A DNA stretch of 64,000 nucleotides. Source: the human T2T-CHM13v2.0 reference genome, Homo sapiens. Each line of letters starts with the position of its first letter. The stretch's first letter is position 1. The translations under genes were made by a program, and so were the position numbers. The stretch lies in assembly GCF_009914755.1 (NCBI RefSeq), contig NC_060930.1, one strand, 5' to 3'. Below the pieces are notes generated by a model. It was not told where the DNA came from and searched no databases. It saw nothing but the letters and a program-made list of their open reading frames with translations. This document shows positions 35,898-54,717 of the stretch, in pieces.

Positions 35898-37899
35898 CTA
35901 AAGTAGAAAAGAGATTCAGAAGCAGTCATTATCACCTTTATATTGCTATCTCATACATTTTTAATATCAACCTCTCCTTCACGCACCATACCTAAATCCT
36001 GTTAATTCCATCTTCTTCACCTTCTTCTTGCTATAACCTTAGTTTGTGTCCTTGCTTGTTACTACAGTCCAAGTTTCCTAACACTAGCATATTATTTATT
36101 ACAGTTAATTGAAATTTTCTGCATCTGCAGGGCCCAGCACATAAAGTACAACTGTTGAATGAATGTTCTTCTTGTGTCTCCATTTTATTGTATAGACTAC
36201 TGGAGATCACTCAGTCTTAATCAATTTGCTCCCAATCAAAAAATATTAATAGCTCCCTATTACCAATAGTTTTAATTTTTTTGTAATTTAAGATTTTATT
36301 TTGCAGATTTTGCAATTTTCGAAGCATGAGAATACACAAATGTTTTCATTTAAAAACTCTTGACTTCATGAATAATAAACATATCTCATACTCCAATACG
36401 CTAAATTTCAACCCTTTAGTAACATATTCCATTTTGCTATTTGGGGAGATGAATTAATTTGTTTGAGACAACAGAAGACAACTTTTCTTAAGGCAGAACA
36501 ATAGGTTTAGGAATCTTATTAATAGCCTTATAAACCTAATTAGAATAGTTCTAATCTATGTTATATGAAGTCTACAGAAAGCTATCCACTGTCTTATCTT
36601 TATTTCACACTACTCTTCTTGCTGTAATTTTGGCTGTGGCCTAACTGAACACATTAAACATAATTTGGCCCATAGAGTTTTATTAAATTTTCAAATTCAG
36701 TATTTGCTAAGTACTTTTTAATACACCTGGCACTATCTAAATGCTAAGTACAAAAAGATAAATATGATAATATCCTTTAAAATGTCATCGACCCCAACTA
36801 TAACAAGTGCTATAATATGGAAAAACAAGGTGTTAGGACAAGGGACATCTGACTCGGCCCCTTTCCTGCTTTTAGTATATTCTCCTTATGTTTCAAAATT
36901 ATAGATCCTTCACATGCTACTGTCTTCATAGACCCTTTTTCTGATTCTACCCTATTTTTGTGTCCCCAAGGTACCAGCAACATTCAGTCACAGAATACTA
37001 TAATTCTTTGTGTATATTTACATACTCTACAGACTCTGTGAAGCCTATGGGTAGGGAGATCTTATTATATGCCCCATAACTTTCTCATAGCATGTGGCAC
37101 CAAAGACAATAACTAAATTCTTTTTGCTTGAATGAAGGGTTTCCTAGAAGAAAATGGGTTTTTGTCTTTAATAAAGACAATAAAAGATCAATAAATAAAA
37201 ACAGTTAAATGAACCAATAGTTGTAGCTGTGCCTTGCACCATGAAAAGGTGAAATACTGATCACTGTAACCACTTCCAAAGAACTTAGAAAGACTTGAAT
37301 TCAAGAAAAACAACAATTAAAATAGTATATAACTGAGTACTAAATGTTGTAGCATGGAATGAATGGGTACCCTAGGAATTCAGAGAAAGAAAGCTAAATG
37401 TAGATTTTAATATCATAGACTTTGATGAAGAGATCAAGATTTGAGGCAGCCCTTTAAGAATGAGGTGGAGTAGGGGACAGAAAAAATAGAAAGGAAAGTA
37501 ATAAACATTCTAGTACATTTTAGTATATATGTTACATATCAGATGGAGAGCAACACTGTCTTAGCAACATCATGCAACTGCTTTAGGGGGAAATTTCCTT
37601 ATACTTTTTATTCCTTAGCACCTAAATGTCTTTAGATATTTTCCACAGTAAATTTATCTTCAGTTAAATTATATTCTGTTGTTAAAATTATAACAAGATT
37701 GCAGTATATAAGTGAAGACTCTTTAAATGATAGCTGCTTAAATTAACACTTGCATAATTAACGAAAAATAAAAATCTCTGCCACTAAATCACTTCTATAT
37801 TACAGGACAGTGTGCTTTTTTACAGACATATTTAATATTTTCTTCCTGTATCCTAATGAATCATATCACACATCTGGAGGATGCTCTATGCTATAGTGA

Positions 37900-39330
37900 G
37901 AACTTTTTTACATGGAGACCCCTGAAGAAATATAAAGGCAGCCTTTAGAAACAGAATCATGGATATATGAAAATCTATAATATATAGTATCACAAATAGG
38001 TGGAGAAAATGCAGATTCAATAAATGGTAGTGAAATAAATAAGCATAATATGTACTTGCTATAAGGACTGTTATAAACAAGGAGAAAATAATCAGATTCC
38101 TATCTTCTCCCTCCTCCCTCCAACATACACATGCAAATAAATTCTGGGTGGATTTAAAATCAAAATATGAAATGCAAAATATAAATATTTGAAGAAAACA
38201 TAAAGGTATATATTTGTGATCTTAAAGATGGGGGAGTTACTTAAGACACAAATAATAAATAGAAAGATTGAGAACTTTGATTACATTCAAATTCAAAACT
38301 TCTGTCTAATTAAAGGCACTATATATAACATTTAAACACAAACCACAGGCCTGAAAAAGATATTTGGATTTCATATAACTAATGAAAGAATAGTGTTCTG
38401 AATACTTAACAGTCTCCTATAAATCAGTAAGAACAAACAACTCAATAGAGAATAGAGAAAGGAAGAGAACAGGTAATTCGTTCAAGAGGAAACTAACTCA
38501 GGAGTAATCCAGAAAATGCAAATTAAAACATGTATCATCTCATAACCTGTTAAATAGCAAAAATTTAAAAGTGTCACCATACTATGTGTGAAATACACTG
38601 GTGTGAATGTAGATTACAAGCACTTTGGAAAACAATTCTATAATAACCTTAACAACGTTGAAGATTTGCACGCCCTTTAACTTAGCATTCCAGTTCTGGA
38701 TGTAATACTAGAGAAACGCCTGAAGTAGACATGTTCATAAATTATAAGAGTAGAAAACTGGAAGCAATCTAAATGTTTATCAATATGAAAACAAGATAAG
38801 TTAGCTATAATTAGCTACATCCAGTTCTGGATGTAATACTAGAGAAACTCCTGAAGTAGACATGTTCATAAATTATAAGAGTAGAAAACTGGAAACAATC
38901 TAAATGTTTATCAATATGAAAACAAGATAAGTTAGCTACAATTCATACAAGGAAATACTACACAGCAGCTAAAATGAATGAAGTAGAACTGTAAGAACCA
39001 ATATATTTGAGCAAAACAATTTATAGCATACATGTTGTATCCCATTTATATATAAACACCTGCAAAATATTTTATGGAAATGTACATACATGGTAAGAGT
39101 ACTAAAGCATGTATGAGACTGATAAATATCAAACTTGGGATAATAGTTCCCTTGTGGGGAGGGCAAATTAGAATTAGAAAAAGTGTACATAAAGGGCTTT
39201 GAATACCTATCAAAGGTGTTGAAGCTTTAAAAACTTTTAAGTAAATATGGCAAAACATTAAGATTCAAAAAATCTGGGTGACAGTAACAAAGTTGTTTCC
39301 ATAAAAAGTCTGTTAATATACTAATATATA
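37900..39330 (+). mobile_element. old L1M 3' fragment containing a tandem duplication
   Basis: A-rich degraded ORF2 C-terminal/3'UTR motifs (GCAAATTAAAAC, CACTTTGGAAAACA, AAACTGGAAACAATCTAAATG). Confidence 0.7.
38689..38943 (+). repeat. 124-bp tandem duplication, period 131
   Basis: 38689-38812 vs 38820-38943, 3 mismatches. Confidence 0.95.
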
Positions 39331-39559
39331 CAAAGAAAAAAATTTTAATACTCATCAGAAAAAAGCCATATTATGGGGCAAGGAAGATTTGATTAGGAAT
39401 AACCAGCTGTGTAACCTTGCTTTGGCAAAGTCACTGTAACTTCTCTAAGCAACAGTGACCTCATTTGGAATATATAACAGTACAGGAGAGGATGTTTTGA
39501 GTTAAATGATACAATGTATATAGAGTTGTTAGTGTCTAAAAATGTACAAACAATAAAAT

Positions 39560-40172
<613 letters not shown>

Positions 40173-40388
40173 AGCATAGCTTTTTAAATGTCAAGTAACA
40201 TAATATAAAAGTAAATTTTTAAGTGAATTATTTATCATAAAAATAATTCAGAAGTTTTAAAACAATACATTTTTAAAAAAATATTTGTGCACAGATTATG
40301 AAAATTAAGCAAAATTAAAATGATTCTGATTATTACTTCAGTGGTATAAGCAATATTAAAACAATGACTCTGATGTTTAAATACTCAC

Positions 40389-40557
40389 CGGAAGTTTTTG
40401 TTTTTCCATCGTCAAAACCAAGAGCTAATGATTCCATCATATCAGCTTTTCTCCTATGAAATTCAGATGGAGGCATTCTTCCCCTATTTACTTCTATCTC
40501 CATATTTCGTAGTTGTTGTTGTTTGTATCCTCCAGAATTATCTAAACCATATTGTCT
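40389..40557 (-). CDS. ZUP1: ZUP1 exon 5
   Basis: RQYGLDNSGGYKQQQLRNMEIEV...DDGKTKTS; 169 nt; donor GTGAGT. Confidence 0.95.
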
Positions 40558-41495
40558 CTATTGAACATAAAAATAAATGACTTAATTTTTACATCCCTGT
40601 AACTCTATGAGGATGGAAACTTATTAAAATTTTATTTGGAAACATGTTGAAACATTCTGGTTTATAGACTTTATACAAGTTAACTTAAAGATTTTTACAA
40701 AAACTAATAACACACACACACACACAAAAAAAAAAATTATTGACTTAATAAGCAACCACTTCTTTATAATCAATCTCCAGGGCAAGAGACTTGCTTTTCC
40801 TGTAGTAGGGAAAGCAGAGGATCCTGTCTTTCTACCTCAGGTATTGGGAGATGCAGAAGAGTTCTGAATGCATTGCTGATTTTTTCAAGGAAACTTGTCA
40901 GTCCTTGTTATTTGGTTCCCAGTCTAGTCCATAAAGGCCTACTTAATCCATAATTCATTTAGTCAGTCATGTTACACAGTAAATGAACTATGTTTTGTAC
41001 ACTGGACAGAAATCTCAAATAGTATGTATAAAACTATGGAAAAATTGTCTATGGAAAAGTTTTCACGGAAACTTTTCTACAGAAAAATTTTCTGAGATCT
41101 AAACAACTAACTTGCAAAATTACATAACCTCCTTAAATATTGGAAACTTTTTGTATTGATCATGTTTTAAATTACATAAGGCATAAAAGTCTTAAGAAAA
41201 GCCAATTTTCTTTCCTATTTTGCAAGTATTGTGAGTCACCAGTGAGAAAAAAATCCTACATTAGGTCTTCCAAAGCACATTCTAAGCAACAATACTCATG
41301 TGAGATGTCTGAGAAAAAAAGAGAGGTCAAACAAGTCTGGGGAAATTGTGATATGTACATGCACATTAGTATATTAAAGGCTTTGAGAAGTCCCAAAGTA
41401 TACAAACCTGTTTAACTGAACACTTTCAAACCTATTCAACTGTAAACCCTTTTTATGTATGCACTATCCTATCATCACTAAAAAAAGAACATTTA

Positions 41496-41825
<330 letters not shown>

Positions 41826-42505
41826 TCTATGAATCTATGAGCATTATTAGCACAGATAACACTACAGTCTACAAATTAGGACTGAAAAAAGGAAAAACAG
41901 ACATTAAAATTTTAAATGCATTAAAAATATAACAGATGCTACCAGTTTAGTCCAACAGGTAAAACCACCCACCTAAGATAAATGAAGCCTCAAATATCAT
42001 TTAAAAAAAGCATTTTCCCATAAAATAGTTGTAAATGTTTGAAATTGCAATCTGTAAAATAATTTAAGACTCAGGAGACATTAATTCTAAGTATAAATTT
42101 CGCTTCCAAGCATCTATACAAACACTTAAATTCTGAGTCTTGGTTTCCTAATTTGTCCCATCAACTTACACAGGTTTGAATGCAAGCTTTATCACTAATT
42201 AGCTGCCTGACACTGAGCAAATTACTTAACCATTCTCTGTCTCCATTTCTTCATCTGAAAAAAAAGGGGGCGTGGGAGGGCCTAAAGTAACTTCTTCATG
42301 AATATGTTGCAAAGATTTTGAGATATTGTATGTGAAGTGATTACCCCTGTGCCTCACTAGAATGAATATTTATAAATGGTGTCTGTTACAAACATGTATA
42401 AATTTTTTTTGAATAATAACAAGGACAAAAATAATACACTGGAAAGCATATTTGAAAAATAACTTTACCAAATCAAAATATTATAATTGTTATTAATCTT
42501 TGTAC

Positions 42506-42627
42506 CTGCAGCTTCTGAAATTCTTCTATTTCTTGTCTTGATTCTTCAGATCTCCTCTTTCTGTCTTCTTCTTGCTGAAGCTGGTGAGCCAATTGTAGAT
42601 CACCAGAACACTGGACTCTATCCATGC
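42506..42627 (-). CDS. ZUP1: ZUP1 exon 4 (MIU and start of helical arm)
   Basis: GMDRVQCSGDLQLAHQLQQEEDRKRRSEESRQEIEEFQKLQ; 122 nt; DxxLAxxLQxE MIU-like pattern. Confidence 0.94.
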
Positions 42628-42816
42628 CTGTTAGGTATTGTTAATGTTCAGAATAAAATAACTGTTGCAATCAAAGATTATTTATTATTTAATATATGTT
42701 TTTAAAATAGAGTAAATGCTGTTATTTGCCATTTATTCATGACTGTGATGATATGGAACTGAGTACAAATTTAGCAAAACTTAGAACTGCTTTGGTAAGG
42801 AATAACCTCCATCTAA

Positions 42817-43132
<316 letters not shown>

Positions 43133-44438
43133 TCACTAAGTGTTTAAAGCTGTGACAAGCACTTTTCATTAATTATATCATTTGATCTTTGTAACAATCT
43201 TATGAAGTAGTTATTATTATTTACTGAGGAAACCAGAATTTTAAAACGTTAAGTAACATCCTGCATTGATACTCCTTAACATAACTAAGGCAGATTGATT
43301 TTTCAAAGAAATACTAGGGGAGAAAAAAAAAATAATAAAGAGCATAAAAATACACATTTACAAAGTGCAGGTGTTAGATAATAATTTAATTACAGTTTGG
43401 CCCCCAAAAATGGTAAAACTTTGCAACATCTCATCCTGCATCTTCTCTACTCGGTGTCCCCCAGATCCATTTGTCAGTGGCTTCTGGCCACTATCTTGTC
43501 TCCTTAACCCCATGACCTGATGGTTTAATTATATCACTGACTATTCTTCCTTTCCTTTCAAAGTTCTCAGCTGCTGCTACATCTTCCTATTTGGTCACCC
43601 TTCCATTCTTGGGGATATACAAGTCACACTCAATGTTTAGTGTCCCCTGAGGTTATCTACAGTGATTTACTTAGACCATATCTTTTTCTTATTACCCACT
43701 ATAGGTTTACACTGTAATATACGTGCTCATACAAAGCCTATCATAAATAAGAGTAAGAATTAGCAGACATTCAGAAACCACCAGAGCAGGGAACTTTTCC
43801 ATCTTTGCCCCAATAATCTCATATTTGGCTTAGGGTGAGTGAGCAGTAACATTGTCCATGAACACCGATACTGGTACTAGGATCATTGATACTGGACACT
43901 AAAGACCTCTGCCTTAACAGAAGCTATCTACGTACCTTAAAAAACTGAAATAGGGTAAAACACAATTGGTTTCTCTTGGGATCTACTTTTTATTTTCGTT
44001 CAGTGGGCTTCTAACATTCATATAGGATTTTTCCACTTCTAAGCCACCATAATGATTATTTAAACAATGCCACTATTAAAAAACATAGGGGAGAAAGGAA
44101 AACTTTTATAGAATCACTATAAAACCAGTAAGTCATTTAGAAGCTATTCAAGCAGCTCAAGATGCACTGAAAGATGTTTTGGTTATATAGTTCACATTCA
44201 TTTGTAAAATTTTATGTGCCATATGGCAGTTTTCTAGTTCAACAATTTTCGCTGACCAAATACAATATTCAGATACTTCTAGCTGCTAAAGAAATGGCCT
44301 CAACTTGTAAATAAAACACTTTTAAAGGAAAAGATGTATTTTAAAATATTTTTTCCATATCACAAATCTAAAAATTAGATATGTGTCCTAGAAAGTAGAA
44401 ATTAAATGATATTTTTATCTTCAAACATATAAACATAC

Positions 44439-44549
44439 CTTGCTGAAAGCTGTTTTCTTCCAAATGCAAGTCAACATGTTCCTGAAGAATATGGTAATTT
44501 GTACATATGAGCCCACACATAGGACAATCATAGAGTGGTTGATCACAGT
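44439..44549 (-). CDS. ZUP1: ZUP1 exon 3 (fourth zinc finger, UBZ-like)
   Basis: DCDQPLYDCPMCGLICTNYHILQEHVDLHLEENSFQQ; 111 nt, phase 1-1. Confidence 0.95.
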
Positions 44550-44594
44550 CTGTATCAGAGATATAATTAAGTTGTTTTTATTTTTTTATTTTAA

Positions 44595-44903
<309 letters not shown>

Positions 44904-46299
44904 TAGATTTTTTCACCCCATGTCAAAGACTGTCTACCACCTATTAACCTTATATAAGTAAAAGCTCTTTGTAGTGGATTTAAAAGCTATTTTTCTACTT
45001 CTAGGGTCGAGATAGAAGGCTGAGCATAGCACAAACCTCTCATACCACTCCAAAAAAAAAGGAAATATTAATAATAAATATTCAGATCTGTAGTCAAAAC
45101 AAGAGAAGCAGAAAGGAAAACCAAAGTGGTAAGTAGGGCCCAGTCTGGATATGGGTTTTTAGGACTAAATTCTCAGCACCCAACAGAGTGGTAAGGTGCT
45201 GAACTTAAACATCCAGCATAAAGCTGGGAATTGGGGTAATACTGTCTACACAGGAGCAGGAGATTAAAGAGCTGCATCCATCACATAGCACTGCAGGCAG
45301 ACAGGTCTAGCTTGCCAAAAACAGAAATTGTTCCTCTATAAGACCAAGACCTAGCAGATAAGGGACATAGAAGAGGGACCCAGAATTGTGCATATACACA
45401 GAGTGAAAGCATAGAGCAATCTGTATATGTAAGGCCTGGTCTGAAAGCAGAGACTGTGAACAGCCAGTGTGAAGGAACCATGAAACTGCTTCACAGGGAA
45501 GGGATCATATAAAACTCCCATAACAGATGAACACTAAAATTTGAATTGCTAAACTCACTGGGGGCTGCAATGCCAAGAAAAACAGCTAAGAAATCTACAA
45601 ACTGAAAAAGTTACCTGTGAAGAAATGGAGCTACAGTAATCCATAATAAACTGTAAAATAAGTATGTTCAAAATGCTCACTGAAATAAAGGAGGGAACTG
45701 AATCTTTGAAACCAGGACAGAAAGTTACTAAGAAAAAATAGAAAGATGAAGAAAATGAAAATATTAAGATGTAATCATTGGAATAAAAAATTCAATGGCA
45801 AAGCTCAAGAGAAAATGAAGTATTAAGTACTCAGAAAATATTTCCAAAAGCAGCAGTAAGAAATAATGGTATACAGCTTCCATAAGTAATGCTGGCGGAT
45901 GTAAGAGAAGTCTTTCAGCCAGTTCTCTACCATAAAATGCCTTAGAGCCAGAGCCAATGCCAAGGAGGCCTTTGCTTATCGCTTTGATCATCACACTACT
46001 GCAAGCCAATCCCTCCACCCCTTCTAGTTTTAAGTGATAACCAACCTTCCTCAACATTAGACCACACTACACCTCATATCCCAGTATACATTTTTTACCA
46101 CCAGAATCTAAACTAAGCCTCAGAGGTTAGCCATCATCATCCAATGGAGTCATCTAGGGCTGATGTAACCACCAACACTGTTGTGTCAATGAATCCAATC
46201 TAATTGTTCAGTGGCAGTGTCTTAACAATCTTTAAATACCTGAAGGACATCTGCTAATCTGACCCAAGCTATTACCCCTCCTATTCTCCCAATACCTAC

Positions 46300-47110
46300 C
46301 ACAATGCCCTCAGAAATACCATCGGTCATCAGTCAGCTTCTCTATACACAAAATCTTTCTCTGGATATTCACTTCACCTTCTTGACTTAACTAAAATCTG
46401 GTTGGTTCATGACACCCCATTTTCTCTACAGCCCCCTAACACACAGGCAACTTTTCTTTCACAATTCAGGGCCCTAGAAGTAGAAGAGGCATCCCCTTTG
46501 CTCCCTTTCACCACTGTCAAACCTGTTTTAAGCCCCATTTTTGTAATAACTCATGTCACCATAATATGGCATCATCTACCTTTCTTAGTGCCTAATATTT
46601 TCTGAAGTCTTAGACACTCCTTTCATTTACTAAAAATGTTAACACCTGGATCAAAACCTTCTTTTCCTAGCCCCTATACTATGATCATTCTTAGCAACTT
46701 CAATATCCATAGAAATAGTTCTATGCCTTCATTTCCAACAATCTTTTCCTTTACCCTAATTTACCAACCGAATGACAAAAATTATACCCTTAATTTATCA
46801 CTAAGTGAATCTCTGAAATCTCAATTTCAAATATCACTCCCAAACACCTATCCTTCTACCTCACTTCTTTTAATTCTACCACTCTAAAAAGTGTTTGACC
46901 TAACTAAAACCTCCTATATAGAATATACAAACCCTATTTTTCTGTCATTCATTACCCCCCTCATGTTTTTCTTTACTTTCCAGCCCAGATTCCACATATC
47001 TTCTCTATATGATAATCATTCCCTTAAAAACACCTGCAAATCCACCTGTTCCATTTACTATAACTGAACATTGGTTAAATCTAGCTATTTACCTATTTCA
47101 CTTCTGTACT
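46300..47110 (+). mobile_element. L2 ORF2 endonuclease-region relic
   Basis: pyrimidine-rich; residual IILSNFNIH resembles the APE-type IILGDFNIH motif. Confidence 0.55.
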
Positions 47111-47361
47111 TCTAATGACAACAGGTCTTTTTTAACCGCAACTAAACATTCAGACTCCTAAGACTACCAAAATTCACCAGTTTACTGGTCCTGAGAAACT
47201 TACAGGAAATGTTGTGTCAGCAAAGGATTGTCAGGCATTTTTCAATACACTTGTTTTTTTTCCTTGCAGCAGTCCATAAATTTTCATTATTAGCAGATAA
47301 TAAAATGATCTACTTAGAATACTCAAGGGAATTAATGTAGAATTATTAAAATTCGTTAACA

Positions 47362-47672
<311 letters not shown>

Positions 47673-47805
47673 TTAGTAATAGTTGAATAAGACTAGATAC
47701 CTCAACTATCTATAAAAATTGATAGTGTTTCTATAAAACTGCAAAAGTTTCTTAGATGAGAGGGAAAAAAATCTAATTTACAAAAGCAACAGAAAATATA
47801 AACTA

Positions 47806-48144
<339 letters not shown>

Positions 48145-48582
48145 ACACACACACACAAAATTGTATTAAAGGATACAAAAGATGACCTGAATTAATGGGG
48201 AGATGTACTTTGATCTAATTTAAAACAAAATGACAACAGAGTTTTTATGAAACTTGATAATATGGCTTTAAAACTCAAAGAAAAGAAAGAATGAGAAGGT
48301 CTAAGTTGATGATGAAAATGAAGAACGAGGGAAAAACTGTCCTATCTGATGTTGATGACATTTTACAAAATAGCTATTAAAGTGGTGGTGTAATAAGGGA
48401 ACAAAAGTCACATAGATAAATACAGCAGAAGTAAGAGACCAGAAACTGGCCCACACAGATATGAAAATGTAATAAAAAACAGAAACCATATTATAAATCA
48501 GAGATATATCTGGTTTCTGTACAGGGAAAAACTAAAAATTAGATCCCAAGTTCACAAAATATACACATGTACACAAGTACAG

Positions 48583-48608
<26 letters not shown>
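48583..48608. repeat. (CA)n microsatellite
   Basis: about 13 AC units; similar short tracts near 14035-14062, 34619-34638 and 40689-40705. Confidence 0.9.
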
Positions 48609-48613
<5 letters not shown>

Positions 48614-49187
48614 AGAAAAAATTTTAAAAAGTGAAAATATAAAACATTAAAGTTTTTAGAATATATGAGAATAGCTTTTTGAATTCAGAGTAAAGAATAC
48701 TTTTTTAGACAATACATAGAAAACAAAAATAAAATTCAAATACTGCACAAAATTCAAGGATAAGCAACATCTTATGGAATACAGCTGAAGGATTAGTATT
48801 GAAAATATATTTTAAAAGCAACTGAAAAAAACTCAAAAAATATTTGACAATATACAGTTGAAAAATGCATGTAACTCAAGTGTACAAAAAATGTAATATG
48901 CAGTTCATAATAGAGGAAATTAAAATAACTATACAAAAAAAGATTGATTTCATAATCAGAGAAATGCATTAAAAAAGAATGTAGACACTGACTTCATACC
49001 TTTTACATAGAGTAATTCAAATGTATCACAGATCTAAATGTAAAATACAAAACTATCAAACTTCTAGAAGTTGGCAAAGAGTTTTTAGACACACCAAAAG
49101 CATGATCCATGAAAGAAGAAATTGTCAAGTTGCACTTCATTAAAATTAAAAACTTCTACTTCATGAAAGACACTGTTAAAAGAATAA

Positions 49188-49593
<406 letters not shown>

Positions 49594-50336
49594 CCACAAA
49601 TTCTTAAAGTTCAACAATAAGAAAAAGACATAAGATCCTAAATGTGTACACACCAACAATAGAGTCTCAAAATACATGAAACAAAACCTGACAGAGCTGA
49701 AAGGAAAAATAGATAAATTTACAATTATAATCAGGGATTTCAACAACCCCTTCTCAAAAATTGATAGAACTACTAGACAGTACTACTATAGAAAACAAGC
49801 AAGGATATAAATAATCTGAACATAAACAACAGGATCTAGTGACATACATATAACATTCCACCCAACAAAGCAGAATACACTTTTTTTTCCCAAGTATCCA
49901 CAGAACATGACCAAGATAGCTCGTGTCTTGAGCCATAAAACAGGCCTCAACAAATTTAAAAGAACTGATATCACAGAGAGTTTGTTCTCCAATCATAACA
50001 GAATAATGGAGTCAAAATAGAACTCAATGCAAAGTCAGAGAGTCCAGGACAGTCCAGATGCTACTGGGTTAGTGACAATAAAAAGAATACCCTCTGGAAA
50101 CTAGACAGAAAGTTCCAAAACTACTCTCAATGTAGCTGAAACATTTTATATCTGCATTAAAATTCTTTTCCATAATGTACTTTTATATTTCAGTAACAGC
50201 AAATGAAAAATGTTATAGACATAAAATGGATTTCAAAACACATCTGTAGTAAGCTGACTTACAAACCAACTTTTAAAATACCACATATTAAATTGAGGCT
50301 GTAAACTTATAATTTATAATGAAATGAAAACTTTAC

Positions 50337-50895
50337 CTTCCAATGGAATGTCTAAAAGATTGGCATGCTTTGTTTTCACATGAGTTTCCATATCTTCACT
50401 GTGCTCCTCTATTTTTCCACAGAATGGACATTCAGGAGGACTGTATGTTGTTTCATAAACAGATCCTTTTATTTCGGTCAGGCTGGACTGTTTTTCCCTA
50501 CTTTTCAGGAATTTTCTAGATTCAGTTAAGTTCTCTGAATAGAAGCCTTCATGTTTTAAAGTACTATCTTTAGTCAGGTTTTGAGCTGAATTTTTTGGAT
50601 GATTAGATGCACAACCTGAAAGAATACTTGAATTAACTTCCATTCCACACTGTAGGGTGTTGTCTTTCTTGTTATCTGAAGTTCCATATTGTACTGTATT
50701 TATCCTCTCAAAGTTTCTTTCAAGTGTATTCTGCTCAAAATGAGCTGTTTCGATATGAAAACACATTTCATCATAATTCACACCTGACAACTTGCAAAAT
50801 GGACATATAATTTCACTTTCCATGTGAACAATTAGGTGAGCTTTCATGTCTGGTTCTGAGGTTACTGTTTCACCACAAATATTACAGGAAAGCAT
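50337..50895 (-). CDS. ZUP1: ZUP1 first coding exon (exon 2; exon starts 50910), zinc fingers 1-3
   Basis: ACCATG; MLSCNICGE...CPFCK...CPFCG...HVKTKH...IPLE; acceptor TAG 50913-50911; donor GTAAAG; 559 coding nt. Confidence 0.97.
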
Positions 50896-52119
50896 GGTAT
50901 TGACAAGTAGCTAGAAAAGAACATAACATTAGGTTTCAAAGATTTGAAGAAAAAATGTGTTTCATAAAATGATTTGAGACAATTACTTGGTCTTTAACGC
51001 TGGATTATTTTGATGAAGAAGTTTTCAATGTACTTACTGTTCCTCAAATACAAAAACTTATTTATAAATATCAACCAAAATTTCATTTATTTTTTTTTAA
51101 AAAAAGGCAATAATAATGAATACAAGTAATTTTAAAAATAAAATATTTCAAAAAATGTCTCTGGCCCAAGGTGGAGAAAAAATAACGTTTAAAAAATTGT
51201 CCAGGTAAGATAAATCAGGTAAGAAAAAAATGAAGAGAAGAAACCTATTTATCAACTGATATATCTAAATACTGAATACTGAAGCTGATTATATTGAGGA
51301 GGTAAATAAACACATCTTACAAGTAGAGTTTAACACTGTAAACTTAGAGTCTTACATGTATCAAGTGCTATTTAAGTGCTATTATTGTAATTTAAGTACT
51401 ATTATTATCGCTCTACACATAAAGAAATTCTGGCTCAGACAGGTCACCACAAGCAGAAAAAGGTGGAAGCCAAAATGCCAACCCCGTCGTGCTCCACAGC
51501 CTGTACTCTCAGCCCCAAGAATAAAAGCAGAAGTGGTATAGTAGAAAAAAGCACTTATTCCAGAGTCAAGAGAACTGGGTAATAATTTCAGATTCATCAT
51601 TTTGGGTAAGGAATCTCATCTCTCTGAGGTTCAGTCAAAGACTACTGTAAAATCCAAAGGTAGTTATTTTTGGATTTTATGGACAAATAAAGTACTGACT
51701 ACTGACATAAAAGTGTTAAAAAAATAATTTTAAAAAAAGCAATCACTTCGCCACCACCTTCCTACTACAGGTCATCGTTCAGCTAAAGACTATTTAAAAT
51801 CAAACAGGAAAAGTAATGACACTATCACTTCATTTAAATAAATTTACCTTTAAAATACCTCCCTACATTGTCCTTATTTTTTTCATTTCTCTCCAGACAA
51901 ATGGATACAGTCTCTGATTTTAGAAGGCAGTTCTCCCGAGCCCCCAGTGGGATTAATGTCACACCCGGAGTTTCTTCTCTTCCGGTGGCTGGGACACGGT
52001 CAGACACAGAATGATGAACTTGGACATGGACTCAGATTAAGCGGGTAAGAGACAAGAGAGTACCCAGGTGCCTCAGAGGAAGCGAGTGAGAGGCATGAAG
52101 GACCCAGTGCCAAGCTAGG

Positions 52120-52797
<678 letters not shown>

Positions 52798-52999
52798 GAG
52801 ATGTAGTCATTTTTGCATTCCTCCCATTTCCGAGTTTTTCCTTCTCCCATCGAGTTTCCTGCCACTCAATTGCTAGGAGAGAAAACCGGGCTCTGAGGTC
52901 ATTCATACTTAATCTGAATGAGTTCACAGGGCAGGTCCTGGGGCAAATAGCAGTCTACACTAGGGCCTGCTGAGTAGCACTCTATTTTAGTATCAATAA

Positions 53000-53565
<566 letters not shown>

Positions 53566-53781
53566 AAAATCACAAATATCTTGTCATTCAGGCTTTATTT
53601 CATTCAACAAATATTTAAAGAGTGTCTATTAGAAAGGCGTTTTGCTTGCAACAGGAGCTGCAGCAGTAATCAAAATACACAAAATTCAGGATTTTTGAGG
53701 CTTACATGCTGGTGAGGTAGAGGAAATAAAAAGTAAATTAACTGATCATGATAAGTGCTATGAAGAAAATAAAACTGGATT

Positions 53782-54208
<427 letters not shown>

Positions 54209-54423
54209 TCAGACAGATAAAATAACAAGAACGAAGGCCTAAGGCTGGAGCAAAAAGAACACTTTTTGACCAGAGCATAATGTGGTAAGGAGAAAAATGA
54301 TTACAAGATGAGGTTAGGGTTGTAGACAGGGGCCAAATCATGTAGGACCTGGTAGAAAACTAGTGAGGTATTTAAATAGGAGGGTGATGTTATCTGATGA
54401 TAAATAGTATGTTTTTAAAAATT

Positions 54424-54717
54424 GGCTAGGCGCGGTGGCTCACGCCTGTAATCCCAACACTTTGGGAGGCAGAGGCGGGCAGATCGCATGAGCCCAGGAA
54501 TTCCAGACCAGCCTGGGCAACATGGAGAAACCCGTCTCAACCAAAAAAATACAAAAATTAGCTGGGCGTGGTGATGTGGCCTGTAATTCTAGCTACTCGG
54601 GAGACTGAGGTGGGAGGATCACCTGAGCCCCAGGAGGTTGAGGCTGCAGTGAGCCATAATGGCACCATTGCACTCCAATCTGGGCGACAGAATGAGAACC
54701 TGTCTCAAAAAAAAAAA
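54424..54717 (+). mobile_element. AluJ
   Basis: J-type dimer. Confidence 0.9.

Noticed and set aside
38689-38943. CRISPR-like or other prokaryotic repeat system
   Set aside because: Only two adjacent copies with no spacer array; the window is primate genomic DNA
45764-46057. 97-aa minus-strand ORF in ZUP1 intron 2
   Set aside because: Spans an L1M/L2 boundary; no motif or usable splice phase identified
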